64,000 bases of DNA from Camelus dromedarius (lineage: Eukaryota): positions 31,746,001-31,810,000 of the forward strand of contig NC_087436.1 in NCBI RefSeq assembly GCF_036321535.1. The letters are read 5' to 3'. Every line of letters begins with the position of its first letter. Position 1 is the stretch's first letter. Under the pieces are notes generated by a model. The model saw only the letters and a program-made list of their open reading frames with translations. It searched no databases and was not told where the DNA came from. The position numbers were made by a program, and so were the translations under genes. This document shows, one piece after another, positions 13,490 to 27,234 of the stretch.

Positions 13490-13607
13490 CTGAAACTCTT
13501 TCTTGCTCCAAAAGCTTAGTGTAAAGATTGAATATCTGTTCCTGGACTTTGCACACAGATCGTTTAATCTTTTCCCTGCGGGTCACCATGTAAGTGAGGT
13601 TCCGAAC
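13490..13607 (-). CDS. JADE1: JADE1 coding exon 9, long isoform ([39 protein letters not shown])
   Basis: ctag acceptor, CAG|gtatgc donor; 118 nt, cumulative 1621. Translated by hand. Confidence 0.96.
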
Positions 13608-15939
13608 CTAGAACGTAGAGAATAAAGATTCTAAGTAAGCAAAACAGTATAACAGTAGTTTGGTGCTTTTTTTCTTTACCTGAGAAAAATTTGTCCTTAC
13701 TAGGTCCTTGACTGACTTTTAAAATAAAAATATACTTTAAACGTTTTATCTAATCTCTCACTTCCTCTGGGGATGCTAACAAGTATTCTGCATATATCCC
13801 TCAAGGTGGGCAGCCGCGGCACAGGAGAGACTGTGGGAGGAAGTCCTGTCTCCTGCACCACACCCGGCCCTCTGCTCATCCTGGCAAAGACGCACCAGAC
13901 TTGCAACCTCGTCCCAAAGGATGCTGCTTGTCACCTCTCAGTATCTCCTCCCCATGAATTCTGTTGTTAAAGGCTTCAGAACATTTCAGAAGCCACCTCT
14001 GCCACACTTTATCAAACATCTTCTGAAGATGGAACTAAGTAAGCACAGGGTGAAGGGCCATCTGAGGGAGCAGTCCCCCACCCCCAACAAAATGATCCCT
14101 GCACAGGGCTCACTAGAAGACCAAGTGGTCACCAAGAATCCAAGTAGACTTCTTTCGTCAAGTGAACACTGAACTCTCAGAAATACCTTGGAACTCACAG
14201 GTAACCATAATGTGTTCCTAGAGTGTGAACACCTATGGAACATCCTTCTTGCTTTGCTATTGATGTGCTGTGTCAACATCTCAAAGCCAGCTCTCTGTAT
14301 CACCACATGAAAAACTGATCCTGCCCTCTTCCTGATTGTCGGTAACTGGCGAGACCCCAGCACTCGGAGCTACACTTTGCATGTGATGTGCAACCACTGG
14401 GGAACTGCATGCATATCCTCATTAACCAATTCTAACTAATCAACACTTAAATTTGTTCCCCATTTTTAAAGCCACCTGTGATCAGTCAATACAGAATCAA
14501 AATTTAGTGACTTAGTCAATAAACCCCCTTCAATCCCTCAGTCCCAAAACCTACTGGTGAACCAAACCAGATTACATGGGCCTGAAAACACAAATGGCAA
14601 ATACACATCAGATACACAATGCAACCTTTCTTCAGGAGGATGTGGACAAGACTCCCCAGTAAGCTCAGTGGCAAGACTGGAAAAGTGACGAGGTATCCCC
14701 GTCAGCGCCAACAGCAAAGGCATGATGCCTACACTCTAAGGCTTGGGCAATCCCTGCCCCTGCCACCTTCAAATGGAAGCAGTTCAAAGGCCACTAACCT
14801 TATCTTTAGCAGTGAGGGTGGCGACAAGCCATAAACACAGCCCTGCGTCTGGACTTATGTACAGGCACCGCCCCTAAAGAACTCTAACAATTCTAGCTGC
14901 CTGCCCCCAAGTTGTGTTCCAGGCAGCCTTCTTTGCAGGAGTGCAAGAGGCTTTAAGAGGAACAGGTCGGCTGGTCTTCACATTTGCATTTTTACACACT
15001 GTGGTGTCATTTCCTGGCCTAAAGCAGGCGCTGCAGCCAGGCTTCTCCTGACCCTAAATGAATCAGTTCGTTTAGGGCCTTTCTGCCTAACACTTCTGGG
15101 TGAAAATAAAAATGATCTTAAAGTTATTGAAAAGAAAATCATTCTTCCTGTGTCAAAGTAAATATTGCTTTGTCATTCACCCTGGTTAAAGCACATTCTT
15201 TCTCCAACAGCCTCACCCCCCAGGCCAGGAAGTAGGTGTCCTTTATAAGAATTCTGACCAGTTTGGGGATGGAGGTGGCTAACAGACTATTCTCTTTAGT
15301 ACTTACTGTTCTTCCACCCAGGTTTGGGTAGGGGGGGATTGAATAGAAGCTCAAAAAGAGGAGGGGGCTGAACCTAGATCCTCATCACAGATTCAGAACT
15401 TTTGGAAAACAAAATCAGAACAATTGTTACATTAAGACAGGGAATCAAACTTCTGGAAATAAACAGAAACACATTCTCCGACATCCTAGGAGTGGACAAG
15501 GTTATTGTAATCATTTCTCTCAAAACTGTTGATGGAAATAGAAAATAGGGAAGTCAGAGAACCTGGACTTTGTATATTATTCAAATCTAATTTTGGTGTC
15601 ATCAACCACTTCCCCCAGTAAAGATTTCCACCCTGGTTGCTAACAGGAAATCCCACTTCCACTCCCCATGATCTTAGATGAGAGACATCTAACTATAACC
15701 CATGCCTGGCTGACCACATTTAGCATAGCCAGTGCCCTACTCCTTACCTCTGTGATGCACAAAACAGCCCTCAGGGAGCAATTTCCATCAGCAGCCCCTG
15801 TATCTCAAAATACACTCCACGTGACCCTTCCCGTACACTGCTGACCTAACCTCCTCCCCTGCTCCATCTTCTCTCAGTTGCCAGTAAGGTTGTACCCAAA
15901 ACCTGCTCTCAACTGCACTTGTCAGCCTCTCCCCAAAAG

Positions 15940-16077
15940 CAGTGGTTCTCACACAGAAACCTGTGGGAGCCCTAAAACACAGAATGCTGGCCCCCAAGCC
16001 CAGAGTTTTGGGAATCAGAAGTAGGATTCAAAAACTTGCATTTCTGTTAGTTGGGGACCATACACTGAGAACCACTG
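15940..16077. mobile_element. MER5A-like hAT-Charlie MITE
   Basis: Perfect 12-bp terminal inverted repeats cagtggttctca / tgagaaccactg, with internal ttgcatttct. Confidence 0.8.
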
Positions 16078-17120
16078 CCCTCAGGATCCCAACCATGAGT
16101 CTTAAGGGGTTTTCTTGAATCCCAAACACTACTTGCAACACTAAAGCTTAACCTGCTTCTTGTTCAGGGACAACTGCAGCCTCCATCAGACTTTCAAAGG
16201 TGACCATTCCACTGACTGTTGAGTAAGATGGTACCCCCAGGACCTGGCCCCTTTCGATACCCAGGAAGACGTGCAGAGGTAACATGTTTTTATCTGAGCA
16301 AGTATCGTTTGCTGAACTCACATTAACTGCATCCTTTAGGAGACAATTTTTAGGGGAAAGGAATCCCTCCAGAGTGGAGTGGCAGCCTTGGGAACTTGGG
16401 AACTTGACATGGTGCCCGCCACCTACTGGCAATCAGGTCTTCAGGCTCTCAAACCCTCCTGAATCCATCCCTGTCAGCTAACTTTCTGGTCCACAACTGG
16501 AGCCCAGGTGTGCAAAATGCCCCAAGGTGTTTATCTGCAGGAAAGAGCAACTACCATCATCACTCATGAGTTGCTTGCATTTCTAATGAAGGTTACTCAC
16601 TTGTCAGTTTCGCAGTGACCGCATGCCTCGATCCTAGTCCCACGCTTAATCTGCTAGGAACTGCTATTGTGTGCATTAGGCAGAACTCTACCTTACTCGA
16701 GAAACAAAGTAGTACTTAATGATTTGTTCTTGTTGTCACCCCTGCCCTGATGAGCCCTTGGCCTCATACACTTATTATTACAAGTAACTGTGCAACTCGG
16801 GCACAGCCAAGATTTACACTTTTAAAATCCTCCACCACATGCCTTACGGTAAATTTTAGAAAATATTTTTCATTATAATAAGCCCACTTTAAACTGATAC
16901 TGTATGCCCTAAAATTTCTCAGGCTCTTTATAATAAAGTAATGCCACACACACAAATCCTGATTTATTCCCTGTCTCTCATACATTATTGGCATCATTCT
17001 ACTTAAAAAGCAACAGCGATGACTCCAAAAAGAATGTTCCGAATTTAATAATAAGTGTGTGTTAATCTGAGTAACTTAAATACAGAAAAGAGTTAGTACA
17101 CCACAAGCATTTTCTACACT

Positions 17121-17126
17121 TTTATT
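17121..17126 (-). terminator. Intronic poly(A) signal of the short isoform (3' UTR about 1.7 kb)
   Basis: AATAAA on the minus strand followed by GU/U-rich ttgtggtgta...ttttctgtattt. A second AATAAA lies at 16963-16968. Confidence 0.7.
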
Positions 17127-18800
17127 TTGTGGTGATTGTGAGACAAACACAGTCCAAACATCAGACTTCTCGTCCTCCCTCCTGAGGACTCTCTGACTCC
17201 AAAGCCCGCGCACCCCACATACAGCAGTTGTCTGGCTGGGAGGGATAATGGCTTCTCGCCAGGATTCCAGTTTATCCTTCTGATCCCTTTCTCATCTCTT
17301 TAACAGAAAAGGCCACTTACATGTGGTCAAGGCGAGGTCTTCTTTACGCTCACCACGGGGGCGGGGGACACAGGAGCACAAGAGCCTCACACACACACCC
17401 CCCCCGCCCACGCCCACCTCCACCTGAATCCAGACTCTTAACCAGGTGCCCGGGAGGGGCATCTCAAGAAGCCTGCACTCAGCCAGGTACTAAAAGGGTC
17501 TCTCCTAAGGGACCCTTACAAACCCTCTCACTGCTGTGCCATCTAACAGCCTGCAGGTCTCTGTAAGATCTGGATCTTTTGGTTCAATACTTCTTCCTTG
17601 TATCCCTATTCTTTCCCTACGCTTCAAATCCTGAGTCAGAGTCTCTTCCAAGCAGGTGACTCACTCCGCTGATAAGTTCGTGCTTGGGGGAGATGCCCTA
17701 ACTGTTTCGGCCGCTTGGGTGCCTTTCAGCCCAGGCTGCTCGGGCTGGAGGCCTCAGCCCCATCTCCCACGCACTAATGATTTTAACTGGAGCCGGCTGT
17801 CGGCAGCCCGGGGAGTTGCAGAAGGTGCTCTACAACGCATCCCCAATTAGCAAGCCTCAGTCAGAAACTACCTACAAGGAGCAGGAGGCCCTGGGGAAAA
17901 GACAGCCCACTCCTAATTATTCCTGCAGCAGGAAGGGCGGTCCAGACAGGGACTCCAAAGGTACTGGAGGGTGGGGGAGGCACAAAGCAGCAACAGCTGG
18001 AGGAAGAAGTGCCACCAGCCACTACACTGGGCAGTCCAGTAGTGTGATAACGTGTCGAGAACGACCAGGGGCTCCTCTGTCAGATTGGAGGCCCCTGTGC
18101 ACCGGGAATCCCACCCCACATCCACACCAGACACAGCCCACAGACAGACATGGACACACACACGTGCACACAGTATATGCAGAGCCTCAGTGACAACTTA
18201 GCACCTCACTGCCAGGAGCCCCTTCGGGAACAGAGATGCGTGTATACGGAAGTTCACACACACACGTCAGCACCCACAGCCTGCTCTGCTTGTGACGGAA
18301 CCGGGAAGGCCCTGAGAGTTCGCCAAGAAGCAAAGCTGGGCCAGAGAGGCAGTGCTCCGCTCTCTTTAATGAGCCCATAACCAGCACCTGTTTCCCCAGG
18401 TTGACCAGACATCTTCCTACCTCCACCCACACCCACCCCTCACTATTAGTTAAACCCATTCTGGTTTTCTAACTCAGTTTGTAAACAATTCTGAGCCAAT
18501 CCCTTGGTCATTTTCCTGGGGCTCAGTTCCCCTTAGCTCTAGAATGAAGGGGGGAAGACACACCCCACCTGATCCTGCAGAAGAACAGTAAGGATTAATG
18601 GGAAAGTGTTTAAATCAGAGAAGCTCCCCACTCTGTGGCCGTCTTGCATGTATGTACAGTGAGTTTACCAGCCCATAAATGTATTTAACCAACACAACCT
18701 CATGCTGCAGTATGTACGAGGGTCTGAGAGCAAATGAACTGGCTACCATTCCTTGCTCTGGGCAAGCGGTCGCCTCTTTGCAATCTTCTTCTCTAAGTCA

Positions 18801-18827
18801 CTACAAGGTGTCAGTGTCAATCATTAC
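18801..18827 (-). CDS. JADE1: JADE1 short isoform C-terminal tail [12 protein letters not shown] (509-aa protein)
   Basis: Reading through the donor gives GTA ATG ATT GAC ACT GAC ACC TTG TAG; 1530 nt total. Matches the known JADE1S C-terminus as I recall it. Confidence 0.92.
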   Translation of the reverse strand, partial: VMIDTDTL

Positions 18828-19349
18828 CCTCTCCAGGTCCTGCCGCAGGTGAGTGAACAGCTGCAGCCTCCTAAACAAGACATCCTGCTCCCGCTTCGCT
18901 AGATTGTCCTCTTCATCTTTCTTTGGAGTGATCAGGGGCTTGTTGAAGTTGACCTTCCTCTTCAACTTCCAGTACTGGTACAGGAAATCCACTACCTCCT
19001 CAGGCAGCCGCAGGGCCCTGGCAACATCCAGCAGGTTGACGAAGGTGTAGAACTCATCCTCCAGCTGCTGCAGCTTCTGCTTGCGGACACTCACCCGGTG
19101 AGCCTCCTCCTGATTCTGCTCCAGGCTGGCAAAGGGCTCCAGTGGATCCCGGGGGGAGCACTCAGGAGCCCCATTCTCCTGACTGGCCCCCTCACCGAGG
19201 GTCTCCTCGGGTTTGCGATGTGAGCTATGCTTCGGGCAGTAGGACTTGAACTTGACTTCATCGTTCTCCGCCAAGATGGTCTTCATCTCCAGGCCGCGGT
19301 CAAAAGCACAGGTGACATGGAAGGCCGTGCGGCAGTTCTTCACAGAGCA
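18828..19349 (-). CDS. JADE1: JADE1 coding exon 8, long-isoform form ([14 protein letters not shown]...LRQDLER)
   Basis: ccag acceptor, AGG|gtaatg donor; 522 nt, cumulative 1503. Confidence 0.97.
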
Positions 19350-22300
19350 CTGGCAAGAACACGCAGAGAACAAGAGAGGAGAGGTTACAGAGTGACAGTG
19401 ACTGGAGCCCTGGGTGCCGGGTGCCTCACAGCTACATGCACAGGGACAGCCGCACTCTGAGCGGGGCGGGACGGGCAAGCTTTACGTGGATTAACCCTGG
19501 CAGATCTAGTCGTGTCTTCGGTAAGCTAAGGCTTGGGATTTAAGGGACCTCTTTTTTCATAAACCAAACCATAACTTTCTCAGAAAAGCAACTGCATCCA
19601 AATCACCTCTTAAAGAGGACACAATTACATAGGTGGCACGTGTATCTCCGCAGGAAGAAAGGCCACTAGTCAGAGTGTTTAAAGGAATGTGAATTCTCAT
19701 TCTTACCTCCCGCAAGACAAGTCCTAACACAAGGGGGAAATAAACGATACATTGCTCCCAGCAGCCAAGGGCCACTCAAGACTGAGGAGGGTGAATAACA
19801 ACTTCCAAGGAGTGGAAAGGAAGAGGAGATCAGGTGAGTCCAGCACGGAGGACGGGAGAGGTCTCTGCACCCAAGGAAGCTTCACCAGGTGCAGAAGGCT
19901 TCCAGGCCAGTGGGGTCCAAGCACTGAGACCTGTGAGGGACCCGATGCCCAGAGACCAGGCATCACCCAGCTCTGCCTTCCCCCCGCCCCTCCTAACCCC
20001 CCTCCACAAAGGCCTCACCAGGGCTAGAGTGCAAGGCCTTGAATCCAGGCAGCAAGCCGGAGGCCTAGCAGGAGAAAAGTGATTAACTTCTCCCCATCTG
20101 ATCATGCTGGGCGAATCCCTGGAAGGAGGTTCCTTGTGGAGACTGAAGCCAGTCCCTTAAAAAGCAACACTGTATTGTGTGAGGCCAAGTGATCCCAGGC
20201 ACGCCAGGGCTGCAGAGAGGAACAGACCCGAGTGGCCACAGGCCAGCGGAAAAGCTTAATTAAGCTCATCCAACAGGCCTGCATGGCATCACCGCGAACG
20301 GCAGAGCCTTGGGTTGGGACTTCTTGCCCTAATCACTTCAGTATTTAAGAGGTGACTCACTGCCAGTCATGATTTCTTCCATTATTATAAAGTCTCTTTT
20401 ACCCAGAAGTACAGAAAATCCAGCTCCCTTCACAGAAAATCAATCCCCCCACTGCAAACACTTAAAGCACATGAACTAACATAAATCTGTAATTTTATCT
20501 ATAATAATAACCTCAGTTCCAAGAAATGTGTGAAGTCAGCTTTAGTGGCAGAACACACACACACACACCTGGCCACTACCAGTAAGAGACAAAGTGCTCC
20601 CCCTTAGCACGCATCCAAGTGGGAAGTAAAGTGGGAACAGATGACAGAGACACTACCCGTGTTTGGCTTAAACGACACTGTAACTCAGCACTCCGACCTT
20701 AAAGGGGAACGCGCCGCAGCAGAACATTTACACAGGACTTTGTAAAGGCGCCAAATGGCCTTCCTCTGGGTTTTCCTATTCAGGTTAACTCAGCAAACAG
20801 ATGTTACAGAAACGTAAGCCAGAGCCTGCCCAGCTGCAGACATTTCAGACAGGAATTCTTTAATAAAATCAATCTAATCTGTGCAGATATGAAAAATCAT
20901 CAACCTTCCATGGCTTTTCTGTTTTAAATTAATGTTCTGGGAAAAAGAGGTCAACAGCAACAAAAAAAGTCGTTTTATTGTCTCTTCTTCTCAGAAGAGA
21001 AGCAGAGATCCCATTCGCTGACCTCTTGTAAACATCAGTTATGGACCAGGACTGGCGTGCTCGCTCAGTAACGGGTGTAAACTCTATCCTCAGAAGAACA
21101 TCAGGTAACTTGGAAGAAAATGACTTCCATTTTCCTTGGTTTGTCACAGCTCGATTCCTGCAAGTGTTCACATGGGTAGTCCACACGCATACGCACACCC
21201 AGCTCTGATGTCTTTTTTTTTTAATTTTGAGGCTTTAAAAAAATTCCTCCTCCATTCCCTCCCAGGACAACTCTCAGGCCAGGGGCTTCTGTCATGTCTT
21301 AGTTTTAAGCAGATTCCATTCACATACAAAAATCTGCACTATTTTCAAGGTCCACAGCCAAATCCCACCAGCCGTCTCATGCCTCACCCCCTGAATATTT
21401 TTGTTACGTTTTGGATTCTTGAACACCAGTGGAAGTGATAATGAAGAAAAGTACAACTACTTGGCGTGCAAAACAAAAACTCTTTAAAAAAAAAAAAACC
21501 CACCAGTCAGTGGATACTTTACCAAGAGAAGTATTTATCAGCCAAAATACAAACTGATTTTGCCAAATGAGGTCATTTCTTTAAAACCCATGACTGGCAG
21601 TTTGGCCAAGTTTGTGGAGTCTGTGTCTTTGCTGAGCCACTGTGTTCTCTGCATCGAGAGAGAAGCTACCCCAAAATAGCACCTCTGCTCTCAGAAGGTG
21701 ACACAGGGACTGAGGAAGAGCCAGTGGCCCTGAGCTGATACCTCCCAGAGGAAGAGCCAGACTCAAAGGGCCAACTGTCAGCCACACACAGCATTTGGAG
21801 ACCTTAGTGGAACAGCATTTCAGGCCTCTCAAGGCATGACTGTCATGACACCAAAAATGTGAGGCCCAGAAATTAACTTCTCAAGTAGTGCTTTAGACAA
21901 TGTGAGAAAACAGCATGCCATCTATATTCTCTCCTTGATTCTATCTACCTTATGACTTTCTACACTTGCCTGTACGTGGACAAAGAAACTACAGGTAAAA
22001 TTTTTTACGTACAAGCTCCCCTTCCCCACCCTCCCTCTCACCCTCCCCTACACACGCTGCCATAAAGAATCAGATATCCAGACCGTGTTCAAGCTAACAG
22101 CTTCTGCAAGGAACCCTGGCGCAGCACCTCGAGGGTGTCCCTAGACCCAGCTGATGCTCCTGAGGAGTCCCTGTTTTACCTAACTTTGCAAAAACACCAG
22201 CATGCCAAGCTGATTTCAAACAGTGTACACTAAGATACGACACCCTCCACGTGCACACCTCAGAAACCAGCAGTGGCAGGTGCAGCTACAGGGGCAGGTC

Positions 22301-22703
22301 TGCCGCTCGGCAGGTGAGGGGGAGGCTGACCCTCCAGGCCAAGACTCTGGCTCTTCCCCAGAGCTGTCAGCCTGTGGAAAGAGCCAAGATGCCAGGCTTT
22401 AAGGCGGGAAGGGAGAAACCAGATACAAACTAGAACTGCCTTGCAGCTCAATCAGACTTCTGAGTTGCCCTGAGATGGTTACAGCTGGGATTCTGGCTAC
22501 ACTGGATACAATCTGCCAATAAAGGCATGTGTACCAGGCCGGAGACATTCCTCAGCAACCGCAGACGGGCTGTGAGAACCTTGTCCCGCTTCCTGGATTC
22601 TAGTCCCATTTCCAAGTCCTCTAATGGTGACTTCACAAAGCACCCCCATGTCCTGCTCCCCACAAGGCAGTGAAGGGTGATGGTGCTGTGCTAAGTTGAT
22701 TAC

Positions 22704-22820
22704 CTGTATGGAGGCCCCAAACTTCTCGTTGCAGAGGCTGCACACCAGTGCCCACCGACTGCTGGGGATGTGAGACACCTTCGTGATGGGCTCCATCTTC
22801 TCTGGGCTGCCGATGCTCAC
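22704..22820 (-). CDS. JADE1: JADE1 coding exon 7 ([39 protein letters not shown]), start of PHD2
   Basis: ctag acceptor, CAG|gtaatc donor; 117 nt, cumulative 981. Confidence 0.97.
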
Positions 22821-24022
22821 CTAGAGGCCGAGAAACAGCAAGACGGGGCAGAGGCCGTCAGACAGGCAAAGGCTGAACACAAATGGTAGAAATTTAAAGG
22901 CTCGTTCCCTTCCCGTGGACCTCCTACCAGATGGTGGCCAGGGGCGCTCGCCCTCCTCGCACAGGCAAAGCCCCACATTAAAGCATCAGGACAGCACAGT
23001 GGCCAGCTCTGGGCCAGCAGCACGAGACCACAGCCTAGTCCCTGTGCTCTGTCCTCCAGGGGTCATCTGAGACAGAAGTCCCGTTTGCAGAAACACTCGG
23101 ATAACTGGAATGTTCACTGCTCAGCGAGTGTCTGACAGCAAAGGTGCACATGTACCAGGACAGTGTAACCTACTGCACCTCTGACCCTCAGAGAAGTGGT
23201 CAAGACTGAAGACCCACCTTAAATATGCTTAAGTCGTCGGTGAACAATGGAGTACATAAATAGTAACTGCCTGTAATCTCTCTCCCACTAAAGAAAACTA
23301 CTCTCTTCAGTCAGAAACAATTACCACATTCAAAGTGCAGAACTACCGGGATAAATAAGGTACCCTCTCTGCATGCTGCCTGGATCACTGAACCACGTCC
23401 CTGCTAACACCAAACCGTGAGATCCTGTGCTACCAAGACCCAAGTCTCGAAGCCTCAATCCAAATCACCCCCAGATAAGTTTCCTCTGGAGGAAAATGCA
23501 CCAAAATCATACACCAAAAAATGATGAAATGTGAATCACAAATGATACTCTCAAAGTGAGCCATGCAAATTAAATTAGTCAAGGTCTGGGACTTGAAATA
23601 AATTAGACCAGACCTGAAATTAAGAAGGTTGAGGCAAAGTAAGAATCTTAATTAAAAAAAATCACAAAAACGTGGCCTAGAGCAGTGGTCCTCCAACCAC
23701 AACCGTGCTGTGTGCGGGGGCAGGACAGGGGCACTCCCAGGCGCGTGTCGGCAGTGGGGGGCCAGCCGCAGTGGCGTCTGCAGGGAGTCTCAACACGCCC
23801 ACCCGAGAGCCCAACTCGCCGCCACTTCCAGCTACTGTTTCCGCAAGTTTACGCACCGTGAGTGGCCAGACGGCAGCACGCCTGGGATTCAACTAATGTG
23901 AAGAAAAGGATAGCAATTCAGGTGTCCTTTCACTCATCAGCTACAAGGCGGCCTTCTGAGTGGCTCCCCATGAGAATGAACAGCCACGGCCCCCGCACGG
24001 AGCCGCGGGGGCGCGCACCCAC

Positions 24023-24190
24023 CTCGGGGATCCACAGCGCACAGCTGACGTGGACCCACTTGGTCCCGCTGCGGGTGGGTTTCATGGCGCCGCCTTTCTT
24101 AGGACACAGCAAACACTTGGGCTGAACCCCAAGGGCACAGGTCCGGCACAGCCAACTGCCCTCTGGGACCTTGAGGATTCCGTAACAGGC
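24023..24190 (-). CDS. JADE1: JADE1 coding exon 6 ([18 protein letters not shown]...CLLCPKKGG...[10 protein letters not shown]), end of PHD1 and zinc knuckle
   Basis: acag acceptor, GAG|gtgggt donor; 168 nt, cumulative 864. Confidence 0.97.
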
Positions 24191-26285
24191 CTGTCAAGCC
24201 ACAGCACATCACCAAGGAAAAGAGACAAAGAGAAAAGAGTTATTTTTTCCCAGTGTGCCTATTAATTAATTTTAAAATACCTAGAAAGATTTTAAGAGAA
24301 CCACCATCAAAACAGAGGCTCTCCCATGTCCACCCAGCCGCGACCCTCTTCCTTCAGGTGAAGTGCCAGGCAGGCTCACAGCAGCAGTCAGGAGGTGTCT
24401 GAGATCTGTGGGTACCACACATTTATTTATTTACCAGAAGGTGGTCCTAAAAAGAACTTAAGGACAAAAAGGTTTGCAAAAACTCTGCTGAACTGCTGCA
24501 AACACCACCTATACCAAGTTTCTAAATGTTGGGCAGTAAATCCTCGCTCTCCAGGGCTCGGTGGGGGATTTACTGATGTGGGTGGGATACAAAGTGAGGA
24601 AAAAAACAGAGCTTTGAGAGTCTCCCAAAGCTACCACATGGGATGGCAGTGGGAACGAGAGGGGACTACGGAGCAGCGTCATCCCCAGGTCAAGGAGACG
24701 CTCCTACCTAGGCCCCAGCACTCCCAAGGGAACACAAGACATGGGAAAATGAGGCATTCTAGACAAAGACAATTTGGCCTCTTTAGCTGGTATTTAAAAC
24801 AAAGCCTGCTCTGCATAACATGGCAAAATCAGACAGGACAGCAAAAACTGCAGAAATCAAGGCAACTCAAAGTCATCAACATAGTTCAGAGAAAGAAAAG
24901 GCAAACATTAAAGAAGTGAAGAAACAAAACCATGATGGTACCAGGAGCACACTCAGAGCCTTGTAAAAACACCAAACTGTTCAGAACTTTATCCTCAAAT
25001 GAACTACAAGTCAGGAAGTGGAGAGACAGAGTAACATAGCTCCAATCCTCCAGACAGGAAAAACACAGCCGCTATGCAATCTGAATACCAGGACGCAAAA
25101 TAGGAAACCACAGGATGAGAGCTCAGTGAAGCTAAGTGACACTAAGACTGGCACTCAGGAGCGCTGCGTCGGTGCCATGAAAGAGCCACTGTCAACACAG
25201 ACTTACTGGAAAAAAAAACTTTTTAGAGGAGCTAAATGACACTATTAAGGTTTCAAATCCTAAAAAGGTCTATACCAGGCATTCTAGAAAATGTCACACA
25301 TGAAGAAGTAACTTTTTTTTTTAACTGGAAAAGCAAGTCTAAGTAAATTAAAAGATTAAGTAAAGGATGCCTTAAAGACAAGTCATGAAGAATCTCTCAA
25401 AAGAAAAAAGGAACCACAAAGAAATCTTAAGGAAAGACACACTGCGGTTCGGCTGAAAGAAAGGAGACCGGGCATGGGGATGTGGTGGGGGGTCCCGAGC
25501 CCCCAGTTCCAGTTCCAACTCTGCCACTACCCATGGCAGCACCCTGAACAGACCACCCTGACATCAGTTGACTCATTTATAAAACAGGGGTTTGAGTAGT
25601 TTTCAAGCAGTACCCTTTTTTCCAAATAACATTTTTTTCTCAGGGAAAAAAAAAAAAGTAAAATGGCAGGAAAAAAAACACTGAAACAAAAAAGCAACAA
25701 CACTAGTCACAATGCTCATGAATTCCCCCATCATCACCAGGAAGCTCCTAGATAATTTGAAAATCCAAAGCTACAAGATGGGCCAAAACATGACTTTATA
25801 AGCAAGAGACCGTGGTCTCCTGTCTCAGCAGGATGAGGCGGGGCAAGGCCACAGCCAGCACAGTCCTCAGGCCAAAGGGAAGCCCAGGAAGCAGACGGAG
25901 GATAAAGAAAATGCTATTTAGGAGCTTCACAGAGCCAACTTGATTCTTCTTCCCAGGAGGTCACCCAAGCAACTATCCCACACGAGTCTCGGCATCAACA
26001 AGTGAATTCAAATAAAGTACCTCAGGACAGCCTCTAACTAAGAGCATGTGCGAACACGCACCCCCACAGAAGCACAAATTATTTCATTACTGCCTTAAAA
26101 AATAACTGACAGCCATGAAGAGTCAAGACTGAGACTCAAGCTTTTTAAATTACCCGGTGCTCATCCTTACTGAAGCAACCACCAAATCCTACTGGCATCG
26201 GGAGGACAGGAAGTAACTTCCAAGAAAAGGGGCCCCTTTCCTGCTGTTCAAGGGCTTGGCTTACATACTAACACATGTTAGCAAA

Positions 26286-26745
26286 CGTTATGTGTTTGTG
26301 TCCCCAAAATACATGTTAAAGTTAAGCCCTAACCCTGGTACCTCGAAATGTGACCTTATTTGGAAATAGGGTCGCAGCAGATGTGATCAGTTAAGATGAG
26401 GTCACACTGGAGTAGCATGAGCCCTCAATCCAGTATGACTGGTGTCTTTACAAGACGACGGTCATGTGTGCAGACACAGATGCTCAGGGAGGACACCATC
26501 TGATGAGGGAGCCTGAGACCAGAGTCGTGCAGCTGCAAACCAAGAAACGCCGACAACTGTCAGCAAACCACCAGGAGCTAGAAGAGGAGAGGAAGGATTC
26601 CACTGCAGATTTCAGAGGGAGCACGGCCCTGCCAACACCTTGATTTCAGAGTTCTAGTGTCCAGAGAGCAAGAGAATAAATTTCTGTTACTTTCAGCCAT
26701 CCAGCCTGTGGCACTTTGTTACAGCAGCCCTAGCAAACTGACACA
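26286..26745 (+). mobile_element. MaLR solo LTR (MLT1C-like, 460 bp)
   Basis: Motifs aatgtgaccttatttggaaatagggtc and aataaatttctgtt; ends acagcagccctagcaaactgacaca; 5-bp TSD GCAAA at 26281-26285 and 26746-26750. Confidence 0.88.
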
Positions 26746-27022
26746 GCAAACGAACCACCTTCCCAAGAGTTGTTTTCTCCCAGTGTTCTTAATAGCTATA
26801 CCCAGGTAACAGAGCAGGGCAGAGGGGCTCATATATTCTATAAACCTGACTTCTGTGGACGGGAATAAGAACACTATGTGAAGGAAGAACAAGTTCCACA
26901 GAGGATCCTATTCTCCTGGTTGTAAAAGTAGCAAGAAACACTTCAAACACTGTAAGGACCTATTAGAACAGAAGGGTCAGGCACACTTCTTTAACTCATA
27001 GACCCTGCCAGGAGGGACATAC

Positions 27023-27234
27023 CTGGTGCACACAGATGTTGCACTTGTCACAGAACACCATCTCGTTGCCGTCCTCACCGTCAGGCGACTGGCAGACGTC
27101 GCAGACGACATCCTCGTCATACTCGATCCCCAGCCCTTCCTCGGTCTCTATAGCGTGATTCATGTTGTCGTAGCATCGCTGTTCAAACTCCTCCAGCACC
27201 CTTTCCATTGTGTATTCATCTAACTCAGGCATTC
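27023..27234 (-). CDS. JADE1: JADE1 coding exon 5 (MPELDEY...CDVCQSPD...[10 protein letters not shown]), start of PHD1
   Basis: Lies in ORF 26996..27232; ccag acceptor, CAG|gtatgt donor; 212 nt, cumulative 696. Confidence 0.97.

Noticed and set aside
24395..24919. 174-aa + strand ORF
   Set aside because: GTG start, antisense intronic, no recognisable domain.
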